This document shows positions 26,888 to 40,912 of a DNA stretch of 64,000 bases, one piece after another. Every line of letters begins with the position of its first letter. Position 1 is the stretch's first letter. Both the position numbers and the translations under genes were made by a program. Source of the stretch: the human T2T-CHM13v2.0 reference genome, Homo sapiens; NCBI RefSeq assembly GCF_009914755.1, contig NC_060926.1, one strand, 5' to 3'. The notes beneath the pieces were generated by a model. That model was not told the DNA's origin, did no database searches, and was given only the letters and a program-made list of their open reading frames with translations.

Positions 26888-29800
26888 TATTATGTTAACT
26901 TTTAAACTAGAAATGTATTCATACCAGTTGATTTGAAAGCATGCAATATTTTTTTTATTTTTGCAGCAATCACCTAACACTTGAATTTGTTTGCAAGACA
27001 CAAAACTTTATCTTGTAATAATTCAATAGGACTGGTTAATTTATGGCAATAAAAATAATCCTCAATTGTAAATATCATCATTACTTTTGTTTCTCACTCA
27101 ATATAAACATCATAAATACCCTATCTGACTCAAGACTTGGTAGTAAATTGCAATAGTTGCATTCTTTATATTTGAAAATACATTTTCTTCATTCAATTCT
27201 TAACTCTTTCTGTCACCATTTTTTAAATTTTCTTAAAGAGACAGCATGAAAAAAAGTAACTGATCTGTCCATGAGATTCTTATCATTTCAAAATGGCTTT
27301 ATAAAAATTCCACCTTTCTTCATCAGGAATAATAGCCCAATTGTCCACAGATTCATAATATACATGTCTTGTGTATATACCTATCTAAGTGTACATGTCT
27401 TGGTACATACCAATACAGAACACCTATTTTTCTTACTTTAGTAACATTACTGAACAAGTTACTATTCTAATATAATATACATGTACATAATAATGATATA
27501 TCATTTTCCAACATAATATCTTTGTACTATAATTTGTATGAACTCTTTTGATAATTTTGGTATTTTAAATGTATACGGTACCTCAGAAAATAATTAATTT
27601 TAGAAGCTAATTTATATTCTGATTGGATGTGGTATTTGTTGAATAAATGCAATCAAATTTGCCTATGTGTTTGTAAAGTTTTCCTTGCTCAATTTTTGAA
27701 TTTAATATATTGCTAATTTGCCATTATTTTCTTAATGACAGATATTTAACTCTCATTGCATACACGTAAGCATATACACATAAGTAAAAGTAAAATGATA
27801 GAAAATGTTATAGAATATTTTATTCTTTTTACATTGTGTCTTACAAGTTCAGGACTTTTTTGCTATTATAATGGTCACATATATTCCTTTCATATTACTC
27901 AATATACAGTTATACAATATACAGTTACGAATAAGTATATCAGTTTGATATAAAACACTAATTCACTAGACATGGAGACTAAAAATTGTGCTTTTTCACA
28001 TTCTCCATAGACCCTCAATCAAACAGCCTCCTAGTTCTGAATTATCATCCAGTTTTAGGATATGAATGCCTATAGTCCAATGTAAAATAAACATATATAT
28101 ATATATACACATTCCTATTCATTTTCAAATTTCTTCCAATGCTGTGTAAAGTTTGATTCTACTTTTTGATGAGGCTTAGAGTACATTCTGACTCACTCCT
28201 ACTCAATTATCATATGCAAGACTATGTCCGGGAAGGGATTTGTAACATGCTTGGTCTTAAATATTGTCCCTCGCTGAAGGGTATGTGAGAGATTAGCATG
28301 GAAACTAGTAGTTCAGAAAAGCATATTTTAATTTACTTTCTTGAGTTACAATTCCATGCCTCACTGATCTTCTATGTATCTCCTAGTTTGTTATTTAGAT
28401 GTTAAAAACATATTGTTAATTATGACACTGAATCTTACTTATTTTATTGTACAAAATTACGGTTTCAAAACATTATCATGATCATATGTGGGCCAGAGCC
28501 TCATTGAATTAGAATATCTGGTATTGGGGCCTAAGAAACTTAGATTATTCATAAGCACCCTGAAGTTTGGAAACCATTACACACTTGATTATACTTGTCC
28601 TTATTATTCTTTAGTTACATCAAATATATCAGTCTTACATTTTTCAAGAGGAGTATCAGCTCTTTGAATAACACATATATACTTTTCTATGTATGGTTCA
28701 TGCTTAGCTAAATGCCCTGCACACAGCAGGTGCCAAATGAACCCTTGATAATTACTTACTGAAAATATATTGAAATTTGTACAGCTATTTTGTTATTCGA
28801 CTAAAACTTACTTGGTGAAAGAAAATACCAAAAAATTTATCTGTTTCAGCAACATGAAGTACCTTTCAACATGATAATAGCAAATTTTGCAGATCCCCCT
28901 TAGGGTTTTAAAATACTATCCTTGTGATCTACTTTGCCTCAAATACCACTTGGGACAGTTCTATTGGTTCCTGTGTCTAAGCACATGGCTTTTGCTTTTC
29001 ACATACTGGTTGGAAATGTTGTTTCTATTCCCCCTAAAAGCTTAGGTAAGGGCTAGATCCTGAGTAATAGATGTGGTAAATCACAAATCACATTAAGTGG
29101 GACTGAGCCACTCTTTAAAAATTTCATTTCAGCAGCTTTTTACCTTTTTCAAGTTAAAATAATACTATTATTGAAACAGAAAAAAAAATTATCATGGAAC
29201 TAATTACCATTAAATAAAGACCACCAACTCCCAGTGTTAGCGCTGATAACCTGTGTTTCACTGGGGTGTGCTATACCCTACTAAAATAAGCACTATTATA
29301 ATTTGTTCTTGCTAAATTAACTTTTACAAATGATGCACAGAAGTTCATTTTCTCCAATAACCCCCCACCCAACATATGTCCAACTCAAGGAAGAGGCATT
29401 CTCTATATAGATCCCTTAAATGTGGGTACTGCTTATTGGAACACATTTCCAGGAGAGGAGACTTTAATATGCATAACAAATGAGGTAATTTCCCTTTTTA
29501 CATATATCTTATGTAAAACAAAAAGCCAACCAATCAACATCAACAACAAAATCTATAGAGGTGGGACAGAGCCAGAAATCACTGGTACTTGGGAGAGATC
29601 TGAAGCTTCTCCTGCTTTTGTTTTCTGCACTGTCTTCAAATAATCTCTTTCTTGTGGTAGCGCAGGTGGATTGAGGGGAAGCTCCTACTTGGAAGCTCAT
29701 TACCCTGATCATCTCATCCTTTAAAGACCTTGGAAAGGTGGACAGCCAGACTCTACACTAGATTTTTTTCTCTTCTCATTCTTCCTGTCCAGAAGGCTCT

Positions 29801-30134
29801 AGTATGGTCTTTCTTTGCATTTCATAGCCAATTTTGAATAAAGGGAGGTGAAGTGAAAGAAGTAGGTACTTTAGAATTTTGGCTTTCTGATTGAGACTGA
29901 TTCTAATATAAATCACAGGAGTTTCCCATGTAGTCAAGTCTACCACAGTAAAAACTATGTTGAAATAATAAAAGGGTAAATTTGCTGATCATTTTCCTCT
30001 GGTGATTACATTTCCCCCTGGCACTTTGAGAAAGGAATGTTTAATCAAATATTAATTTATTTAGATAAAAATTACTTTACACATAAAAGAATAGCTAAGG
30101 CAGGCAGGTGGAATAAACTTTTACTTTTTCTACA

Positions 30135-30845
30135 TGTTTTCTAAAAAGACAGTTTTGTTGAGATATAATTGCTATACAATAAACTGCTCATATTTTAATT
30201 ACACAATTTAATAAGTTTTGGCATATATGTACACCATCAAAACAATTATTATAAGCAAAATAATTTTTAAAAACTCACCATCCAAAGAGTTTCAAGATTT
30301 TTATATTATTTTTGCCTGTCTCTGCCGAATTCTTACCCCCATGCACACATTGATTTGCTTTCTACCACTATAAATTAGTTATAGATGCATTTACGTTGTC
30401 TAGCATTTTATATAAATGGAATCCTAAACTATGTACTTTTTCGCATCTAGCTTTGTTCATTTAACATAATTATTCTAAAATGCATTTAGATTTTCATGTA
30501 ACTATTGTGTACCAATAGTTTGTTCCCTTTTATTACTGAGTAATAATTCATTGCATGGATCTATTTGTCTATTTACTCACATATTAGTGGACTTTTGGGT
30601 TGTTTCCAGTTTTTAGTTATTACCAATAAAGCTGTGATGGATGTTCTTAGAGAAAATTGGTATGGACATGGGCTTTTAATTTTCTTGCATATGTAGCCAA
30701 GAGTGGAAGATCTAAGTCACAGTAAGTGTGTGTTAAACTTTTCATGGAACTGTCAAATTATTTTCCAAAGTGGCTCCACCTGCATTTCACATTCTCACCA
30801 GCAATGCATGAGAATTCCAATTATTCCGTGTGCAATGCAGCATTG
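30135..30845 (-). mobile_element. Old L1ME/L1MC 3' region
   Basis: TTGTTGAGATATAATT...GGGTTGTTTCCAGTTTTT...TCTCACCAGCAATGCATGAGA. Confidence 0.7.
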
Positions 30846-31444
30846 GGAACAAAAAATAAGAGGAAAATGAGAAGGAGGAGAAAAAGAGAAAAAACTGGAG
30901 GAGAATGGCAAGGAGGAAAAGGGGGGAAGAAAATAAGTAAAGAGTTCTGCATATCTGAAGGCTAAAGTGTAATGAAAACTATAAATGTTGTCCAATAAAT
31001 TTTTCCTTATATTCAAGAAACAATTTGACATGTTTAGAATGCAGGCAAAAGGAGCACTAGTCTAAAAATCAAAAGATAGATTATTCTCTGCTTTTTCACA
31101 CTAACTGAATGACCTTTATTTGTGTGGGCTTCAGTTTCCATGTCTACAGAAGAAACAGCACTCAGAAGTTCTCTTTCAGCAACAAATACAGAAATAACTA
31201 CACTTGGGTTATGCTTTTATCTCTCCTTTTTTTCCCAGTATATGTTTAATTTGAGGAATAAAAAAGAGAGTATCCCAGCCTTCCAGGAGGAGGAAGCAAT
31301 AAGTGAAATGACCCTGAGCCATTTAGCAAACCTAGAGAAATAAAATGGCCAGTACATCTTGATGATGGTGAATGATGATGGTGAGTGATAGGAGTGAATT
31401 CGATCTTCTGAGGATTATCAAGAATTTTAGATTCTATTATAAAT

Positions 31445-31675
31445 GCGATAGGGCATGGACTCTAGAGACAAATTGCCTGGGTTGGAATCCCTGCTCCACC
31501 ATTTCCTAGCTGCGGGGCCTTGGGCAAAGTATTTAAACTCTCTTTCCCTCAGTATTACAATGAGGATAACAATAGTACTAACCTCATAGTTATTGTAAAG
31601 ATTAAATGAGTTTAGGGCTTAGAACTATGCCTGGCACGTGTTAAGCAAGATTTAAGTTAACATCATTACCATTAC
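31445..31675 (+). mobile_element. MIR
   Basis: TGCCTGGGTTGGAATCCCTGCTC, CCTTGGGCAAAGTATTTAA and TGCCTGGCAC core motifs. Confidence 0.8.
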
Positions 31676-32537
31676 TGCTCTCTGGCTTCCTGCTGCTGAC
31701 TCAGGGTAATGCAACCCTAAGGAAGGAGCTTCCAGCATGGAGTGTGGACATGGAGCTTCTGGGTTCATCTCTGGGCTCATCAGCATGGGCAAGTTGCAGC
31801 CTCTCTGTACAAGAGAATGAGTGTTTGGCATGGATGATACTAAAGCTGACTATAGCTTTGAATCCTCGAAGAAAACACAATAAATTTTTCTGAAAATCAC
31901 TGCATAAAGTTGTAAATCAGATATACATCTGGTAGCTTGAGGGAAAAGTAATGGAAAAAATTGAACTATCACACTCTACTTTAGGGTTCTGATGATTTAG
32001 CAGAAAGGAAAGAAAAAAATAATTGTATCATCTCTAAAATCACACAATTTATTTTAGTTTCTCCTAAAAGAAAGTTGCTGTCAAGCACCATTACCATAAG
32101 AGAAAGACTTTACTTTTCAGATTCTGAGTCAATTGCATCCCAGACCTAGTCTGGTATTCTAAAAATTGCTGAGACAAGTTTGACTGCTAATCAATAGTTG
32201 GAAACAACTTCTCTAAAGCCATTAATTGAAACATTCTCTCTAGAGAAGGCCACAGTAAATTGATTGAAACATGAAAAGACTATGTAATAAATAAGAAAAA
32301 AAGTTTTTGTTACCATGGGTATGTTTTGACAGAAACAAATTAAATGATAAACTACATTTCATCAAACTATGATAAATGTATTGTTCTGTTGATTAAAAAT
32401 AACACATGCAATAATTTTAAGATTGCTTTTTAAAATTGTATGCAAGAAAAATAAGGTTTATGTTACAAATACTTAGCATGGGCAGTAGGTTTAAAGGATA
32501 AATAAAATGAAACATTTTTAACCAAAGAAAAATCAAA

Positions 32538-32682
32538 TAATAGTAGCTGATATTTATAAGGCTTGCTATCGGCCAGGCACCTTTCTAAATAATATTAACT
32601 CATTTATTTTATCTTCAATATATATCATGGTTCATACTTTACAAAATGAGAAAATGCAAGCCTGAGAATTTAAGTAATGACC
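32538..32682 (-). mobile_element. MIR fragment
   Basis: GCCAGGCAC...TTAACTCATTTA...TTTACAAAATGAGAAAATG. Confidence 0.55.
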
Positions 32683-32684
32683 AT

Positions 32685-32803
32685 TAAAATATTCTAAAAA
32701 TTTAGAATATTTTACTTTACCATTAGAGAAAAAAAATTCATCGAGAAAAGGAAAAAAATGTGTTTTTTTCTCTAATGGTAAAGTAAAATATTCTAAATTT
32801 TTA
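32685..32803. repeat. Perfect 41-bp inverted repeat (27-nt spacer) with an overlapping 14-bp palindrome
   Basis: Arms 32695-32735 and 32763-32803 are exact reverse complements, as are 32685-32698 and 32701-32714. Confidence 0.95.
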
Positions 32804-33362
32804 AAAAACTAGACAATACTGGAATGTGTTACTAACAGTAACAGAAAGATAATTATCAGTCTCATTATTTAAAAAATATATAATAACAATTATATAATAA
32901 TTATATAATAACTACTGGTGATACTGAAAAGAAAAAAATGGCCTACTTAGCTTTATGGATACCAAAATAGAGTGAATATTTTGTGAAGTATATTCACCAA
33001 TCATAAAAGCTTTCTGTTACAGCCTATAGAACCCCTGTCATGTCAGCCTGAGGAACTCACAAGACTGCAGAGACGGTGGACTCAGGCAAGCTCGCCAGCT
33101 CCTGGGAATCTTTGCCAGGTCCGTCTGCCATTCTTTCAGATAAATGATGTCTTCAAATTATTTTTGCTCAATATTTTTACTTCTGCTTTTTAAAAACTCC
33201 ACAGATTAGCCATTACTACTTGTATCAGTTTATAAAGGTTTTGCTTTATTAACTTATTCATTGAGCAATTTCAGGGTTTATAATTCTTCCTTCCATCTAA
33301 GATCTTCCTTCTGGGGTCTCCCTCCTTTGGCCTGAAATTCGTCTGTTAGAAGTTCCTTGAAC

Positions 33363-36300
33363 GAGACAGTCAAACAAGATGACCAATCAGAGGCATTGTT
33401 AGCATGACTCTCCCACTTGGAAAGACAAAATAGTGTGTAGAGATTCATGCTGTGAACTTTGTTCCAAGAAGCAACACAGGAATGTAACAGGAATACTGAA
33501 AGAAACCACAGACCCTATGGAAGAAGCAGTGGGCTACAGCCTATACCATGAGCTAGACAGAGTGCGAGGAGGGATAAATTATCTGCAGAATATACACTGC
33601 TACCAGGGAACCTAGCAATCCAGGCCATGGGAGAGGCCTTAACCCTACTCAGCACTGGAGCCCCACTGGAGTAGGGGCAAGTCTGCAGGTCTACCCCAAT
33701 AGTGAGGCAGCCCTGGTGCTTATGAAGGGTCTTGAAGAAGGGGACCTCTTCTCTCCCTCACCCACCACTGCACACACAACTGGGGCTTCTCCCACAGGAG
33801 CTCAGCATGATTGCATCTGTAGATAGCCTCTCTGGAACACTTCAGACTAAATGCATTCCCAAAGGAAAAGTGCCCTCCAGGTTCAGGCTTAAATAAAAGG
33901 TAGAGTCACAAACGCTCTCTACATGGAAAATCAGTACTCTTGTCAATGGCAAGAGATGCCTGTCTGATCTGAATAGTTGGAACACAGAGTCAGAATGGGA
34001 GGTGGATTACTTTCTTCTGGCCTGGCAGGGGAGCTAAGATGGCTTCCTACCTTCACCCTAAAAAGACCTTGATGATTTTCACTGAGAGGTCCTCTTGCTG
34101 CCTCTGTCAAGGTTGGGACCTATGATCACCATTGGGTATTGCATTTTTCACCTGCTTTAGCCATAGCAAGTTTTTATCCATGGACACCTCCTCTATTGGC
34201 CTAAAGCCTGAACTATTCAACCCAATAAATAAAATACTGGGGAAAAAAGTAAGTGCACATCAATGCGGAATGAGATAAGTTTCAAGAGAACTCTGCCATT
34301 CCAACCCCAGAGGAGAGTGAACCTGCTCACACACTGAGCACATTGCTACTGCAACCAGCATCTGAGAAAGCCATCCTACAAAGACTCTCTCCAACCAAGG
34401 AACTCATACAGAGTCTTCACACCTGAAAGCACCCAGAGCCCAATTAGGTTACACTAAAATATAATCGTAAAGTCGCATCCTCAAAGGAAATAAAATAAAT
34501 TTTTAAAAAGTGAAAACAAAATTAAATTCAAAAATAATGAGAAGAAATAGTTTATCCAAATGAGAAGAAACTGGAAAAATAATTCTGGCAATGTAACAAA
34601 ACAGGATTCTATAACAAACTCAAAGGTCTAACTAGCTCTCCAACAATATATCTAAATCAAAATGAAATCTTTGAAATATCAGATAAAAATTGAAAATGTT
34701 GATTATTAAATATCCCAGGGACATACAAGAGAAAGGTGAAAACCAACATAAAGGAATTTTAAAAATAATTCAGAATATACATGAAAAATTTTCTAAAGAG
34801 ATACATGTTTTAAAGAAAAATCATTATACAATGATAAAAAAATCAATGCAACAAGAAAATTTTATAATTCTTAGTGTAAATGCAACTAACTCTGGGGCTT
34901 CCAGATTCATAAAACAATTACTACTATACCTAAAAGAATAGATAGCAACACAATAGGGGGGAACTTCAACACTCCACTGACAGCCCGAGGCAGAAAGTCA
35001 ACAAAGAAACATTGGACTTAAACTGCACTCTGACAAATGGACCTAACAGAGTTTTACAGAACATTCTACCCAAAAGCTGCAGAATGTACATTCTTCTCAT
35101 TAGTACACAGAACATTCTTCAAGATACATCATACATAGGCCGCAAAACAGTCTCAATACATTTTTAAAAATTGAAATCATATCAAGTATCTTCTCAGACT
35201 GCAGAGGAATAAAACTTGTCAACTTCAAGACTAATCAACTCCAAAAGGAACCTCAAAATTGTACAAATACGTGGAAATAAAAGAATCTGCTCCTAGATGA
35301 TTTTTGGGTTAACAATGAAATTAAGATGGAAATTTAAAATTTTTCAAAATGAGTAATAGTAACATAAGTTATCAAAAATTCTGGGATAGAGATAGAGCAA
35401 TGGCAAGAAGAAGGTTTATGGCACTAAATGCCTACATCAAAAAGTCTGGAAGATCAAAAATGGATAACCTTACATCACAACCCAAGGAACTAGAAAACAA
35501 GAACAAACAGAACCCAAAGTTCGCAAAAGAAGATCAGAGCAGAACTAAGTGAAATTTAAACAAAATAATTGCAAAAGATCAATGAAATGAAAAGTTTGTT
35601 ACTTAAGAAGATAAACAAAGTCAATAGACCATTAGCTAGATTAACCAAGAAAGGAGAGAAGATTCAAATAAACTCAACTAGAAATGGAAATGGATACATT
35701 ACAACTGACACTACAGAAATACAAAAGTTCATAGGACTACTATGGACACATAGATGCACATGAACTAGAAAATCCAGAGGAAATGGATAAATTCCTGGAA
35801 ACATACATCCCTCCTAGCTCAAGAAATAGAAACCTTGAACAGAGCAATAACAAGTAATGAGATTGAATCAGTAATAACAAAAATTGTGAGCAAAGAGAAA
35901 AGCTCAGGGTCAGATGAATTTATAGCAAAATTCTGCCAGACTTTTAAAGAATTGGTACCAATCCTACTGAAACATTTCCAAAAGATTGAGAAAGGAGGAA
36001 TCCTCTCTAACTCATGATGTGAAGCTAGTATCACCCTGATACCAAAACCAGAAAAAGATATAACAACAACAAAAAAAACCACAGGCCAATATCCCTGATG
36101 AACATAGATGCAAAATTTCAACAAAATACTATCAAACTGAATCCAACAGCATATGAAAAAGAGAATTCACCATGATGAAGTGGATTTTATCCCAGGGATT
36201 CAGGGATGGTTCAACATATGCAAGGCAATAAATGTGATTCACCACATAAACAGAATTAAAAACAAAATCCATATGATCATCTCAATAGATACAGCAAAAG

Positions 36301-38572
36301 CGTTTGATAAAATCTAGCATCCCTTATGATAAAAACTCTCAACAAACAAGGCATAGAAGTAACATACCTTAAAATAAGAAAAGCCATTTATGACAAGCCC
36401 ACAGGTAACATCATACTGAATGGGGGAAAGTTGAAAGCATCTCTGCTGATAACTAGAACAAGACAAGGATGCCCACTTTCACCACTTCTATTCAACATAG
36501 TATTGGAAGTCCTAGCCAGAACAATCAGGCAAGAGAAAGAAATAATGGGCATTCAAATTGGAAAAGAAGGAGTCATACTCTTTCTGTTTGCCACTAATAT
36601 AATAATATGCCTAGAAAACTCTAAAGACTCCTTTAAAAGACTCCTAGATTTGATAAATGAATTCAGTAAAATCTTAGGTTGCAAAATCAATGTACACAAA
36701 CCAGTAGTACTGCTATATACCTACAATGACCAAGCTGAGAAACAAATCAAGAATTCAATCCCTTTTACAAACGCTGCAAAACAAACAAAAAAACACAACA
36801 ACAACAAAAAATAAACAAACCTAGGAATATACTTAACCAAGAACCAAGGAGGTTAAAGATATCTACAAAGAGAACTACAAAGCACTGCTAAAAAAAAAAA
36901 AATCATAGGTGACATCACATCAAATAATGGAAATACATCCCATACTCATGGATTGGAAAATTCAATATTATGAAAATAGTCATACTGCCCAAAGTAATTT
37001 ACAGATTCAATGCAGTTCCTATCAAAATACCAATATCATTTTTCACAGAATTAGAAAAAAATCCTAAAATTCATAAGGATCCAAAAAAGAGCCTGACTAG
37101 CTAAAGCAATTCTAACCAAAAAAGAACAGACCTGGAGACATCACATTACATAACTTCAAATTATATTATAATTAAATAAGTAACCAAAACAGCATGGTCC
37201 TGGGAGAAAAATAGATACATAGACCACTGGAACAGAATAGAGAACCCAGAAATAAAGCCAAATATTTACAACCAACTGATCTTTGACAAAGCATACAAAA
37301 AATATTTTGGAAAGGACGCCTTATTCAATAAATGGTGCTGGGTAAACAATAGCCACATGTAGGAGAGTGAAACTGATCTCTCTCTTATCATATACACAAA
37401 AATCAACTCCAGATAGATTAAAGACTTAAATTTGAAGCCATAAATAATCTAGATAAAAACTCAGGAAAAACTCTTATGGACATTGGCCTAGGCAAAGAAT
37501 TTATGACTAAGACTCCAAAAGCAAATGCAAAGAAAACAAAAATAAATAAATGGGACCCAATTAAACTAAAATGCTTCTGCATAGCAAAAAAAAAATCATT
37601 AGAGTAAACAAACAACCCACAGAATGAAAGAAAATATTTGTAAACTATGCATCTGAAGAAGGACTAATATCCAGAGTCTACAAGAAACTCAAACAAATCA
37701 GCAAGAAAAAAAAAATCATCCCATCAAAAGTGAGCAAATTCCAGAAATAGAGACTTCTCAAAAGAAGATATAAAAATGTCCAGTAAACATATGAACAAAT
37801 GCTAATCAATATTGCTCATTACTCAACATTACTAATCATCAGGGAAATACCAATTAAAACCACAATGAGATATCAGCTTACCCCAGCCACAATGGCCATT
37901 ATTAAAAAATCAAAAATCAATAGATTTTGGCACGGATGTGGTGAAAACGGAACACTTTTACACTGCTGGTGGGAATGTAAACTACTACAACCTCTATGGA
38001 AAACAGTATGGAGATTTCTCAAAGAACTAAAAGTAGACCTACCATCTGATCCAGCCAAACCTACTACTGGTTATCTGCCCAAAGGAAAAGAAGTCGTTAT
38101 ATCAAAAAGACATCTGCACACGTATGTTTGTCACAGCAAAATTCACAGTGCAAACATAGGGGACTCACCTAAGTGCCCATCAACCAATGAGTGGATAAAG
38201 AAAATGTGGTGCATTTTGGAAGGCTACACAGCCATAAGAAAGAATGAAATAATGACTTTTGCAGCAACTTGGTCGGAGCCAGAGGCCATTATTCTAAATG
38301 ATGTTACTCAGGAATTGAAAACCAAATACCCTATGTTTTCATTTCTGAGTGGGAGCTAAGCTATGGTTACTCAAAAGCATACAAAATGATATACAGATAT
38401 TGGAGATTCAGAAAAGGGGAGGATGGGAGGTTAGTGAGGGATTAAAAAAACCCCTACATATTAGGTACAATGTACGCTACTCAGTTGATGGGTGCACTAA
38501 AATCTCAGGCTTCACTGCTATAAAATTCATCCGTGTAACCAAAAATACTTATAGCCCCAAACTTATACGAAA
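33363..38572 (+). mobile_element. L1PB-type (L1PB3/4-like) LINE-1 with 5' UTR and a large internal ORF1/ORF2 deletion
   Basis: 5' end CAAGATGACCAATCAGAGG; ORF2 remnants ([26 protein letters not shown]); L1PB 3' UTR GGGAGCTAAGCTATG...GGGTGCACTAAAATCTCAG. Confidence 0.9.
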
Positions 38573-39414
38573 TTGTATATAGATATAAATTGTGTGCAGT
38601 TGTACAATGGAAGTATACTATCTCAAGATGTCCTTAAATTTGGAATATTAATATTTGGAATTCATGTTTGGAATGTTCATTTGGTATATTACTAGTACCT
38701 CTTCCCTAGAAAAATATTTATTGACAACCTAGCCCTTCTGTTCAGTGATGAGTCTCAATCCTCCCCCAGGTAGTGGATAACTGAGAATCCTCAGTAACCC
38801 TCAGTAGCCATGTCCCACCATGAAAAGTGAGATAGAGCAGCTGCAGTGGCCACTTGAAATCTTCCACTTTTCAAAGCAACTTGTGCTGAAGCATGAAGTA
38901 GGTACTTCAGATTGTCAGTTCAATAAATCCCCAAATATAAAATTTTTATTAGAAGATAGCTAATTTGTCCTTTGGCACTACTGACAACTTGCATCATGGC
39001 CCAGATCTCTTACTTGTCCAGCTTTCATTCTTTGCTCCTTGTTTAACACAATAGCCTATACCTCACAGAATTCCAGAAAAACATAGGCTAGTTTTGTCGT
39101 AATGCAAATTAGCTTATAATACTAATTCAATTAATATTTAAATTTGGCCATTTACAATAAAATTTTTCAAATGTTGGGATGAAAGCTATTGGGCAAATAT
39201 TTAAATAAACAATAATTGTGCTTCAAAAGCAATTTTTATTAATCCTTCTTATATGAATACATATATTTACATATTACAAGAAGTCTATTGATAGATACTG
39301 TAAATGGTAACAATTATTAAAATTACATTTGTATTTCTGCTGTTGCTTTTAGGAGTTGACCTGGATAACCCGGATAAAGATTTTGTCTTCTTTAACTTGG
39401 CAAAAAAAAAAAAA
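38573..39414 (+). other. Putative 3'-transduced sequence plus poly(A) of the L1PB insertion
   Basis: Non-L1 DNA ending in A13, followed by AAGTTTCCTGAAT, which resembles AAGTTCCTTGAAC at the L1 5' end. Confidence 0.65.
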
Positions 39415-40346
39415 GTTTCCTGAATGATAGTAAATGTATAGATGCAAGGTAAATGCATAGATATGTTGAAGGTAAACTTTCTCCATGATAGCTTATCTCA
39501 ATGATAGAAAATTTTATTCCAATTATTGAAAGATACATTTTTTCTGAGCAATCTATTTTAGGTTGCCAATTATTTTCTCTCTTAACTCAGAGGATGCTGT
39601 TCCACTGTATCCTGTCTTCCATAATGTTGGGAAGTCAGCTTTAAGTCTGCCATTTCTTTCTTATAGTTTTTCCTCTATGGCTGCTTTTAAGAGTTAAATT
39701 TTGTCTTTTCTCTTCTGCACGTGTACGGGGAGAAGGTGCTGGGAGGAGTTTCCCAGGAGAAGGTGCTGCCCGAGCTTCATCCTGAAGGAAAGTCAGCCAG
39801 GTGGATAATGTGGAGAAGGAGCTATCATCTAATAGTGGTCCACAAATTAAAATCTTATAAACACTTCTCTAGTAGATTGTTAATAGGTTCACTGAAAAAA
39901 AAAAGTTGTTTTATTTTCTAGCTTTGTCTGTTTTCTTCTCTATCCACAGTATTGCAATATTTCCTTCTGAGCATTCATCTTGAGTAGCACTTTAAAATTT
40001 TACTTTGTATTATATTTTGTCAGAAGCAATGCAAAACATTTTTGTTACACTGGAATCTCCATGTATCCCTAACGATTCAATGATCACCACAAAGTAAAGA
40101 TACCAAAAGGACTTTAATAACAACGTCTATGAATGAAGTTTAGTTAAAATTCAGCTAGGAAAACAGGTTTTTATCTACAGAAAGTACTCAAACAATGATT
40201 GTGCTTAAGTGATATAAAGAAAATAAATAGTACTCTGATCTGTGGTATTGTGTTGATAGGGTAGTCATGGATAGTCTGCCTGGCAATGTTTCCTTGAACC
40301 TGAAAGAAGAGAAGTTAGCTGGTTGATGATGAGGGGAAGCTGCCTC

Positions 40347-40573
40347 AAGCATACTATCTCAAGATGTCCTTAAATTTGGAATGTTAATATTTGGAATTCA
40401 TGTTTGGAATGTTCCATTTGATATATTACTAGTACCTCTTCCCTAGAACAATATTTATTGACAACCTAGCCCCTCTGTTCAGTGACGAGTCTCATTCCTC
40501 CCCCAGGCAGTGGATAACTAGAATTCTCAGTAGCCCATGAGAATCCTCAATAGCCCTCAGTAGCCATGTCCCA
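40347..40573 (+). repeat. Local dispersed duplication of 38611-38817 inserted in an L2-like fragment
   Basis: ATACTATCTCAAGATGTCC...TAGCCATGTCCCA is nearly identical in both places. Confidence 0.95.
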
Positions 40574-40912
40574 TGGAAATCCAGGATAGCTTGTGCAAAG
40601 TCTCTGAGGTGGAAACAATTTATTGTGCTTTAGAAACAAATAATGGGAAAAACTGGCTTAAAATACTTCATCTATTTAAAAAGTTGTAATGAGGCCCAGT
40701 TTTTATTCTTTTAGTTAGCTCATGGGGACAAATGTTCTATTTTAATTATTTATGACTGATTTTTATATTGACAAGAGTTAAAAGAAGGTTTTTGGAGACA
40801 CGAGGGACATTATGGAGTCTTCCAAACCAAGTGCGGTTGCAAAGCTATCTACAATTGCTGCAAAGAACAGTATCATTTAAAAAATTTGATAACAGAAAAC
40901 ACTCCTACACTC

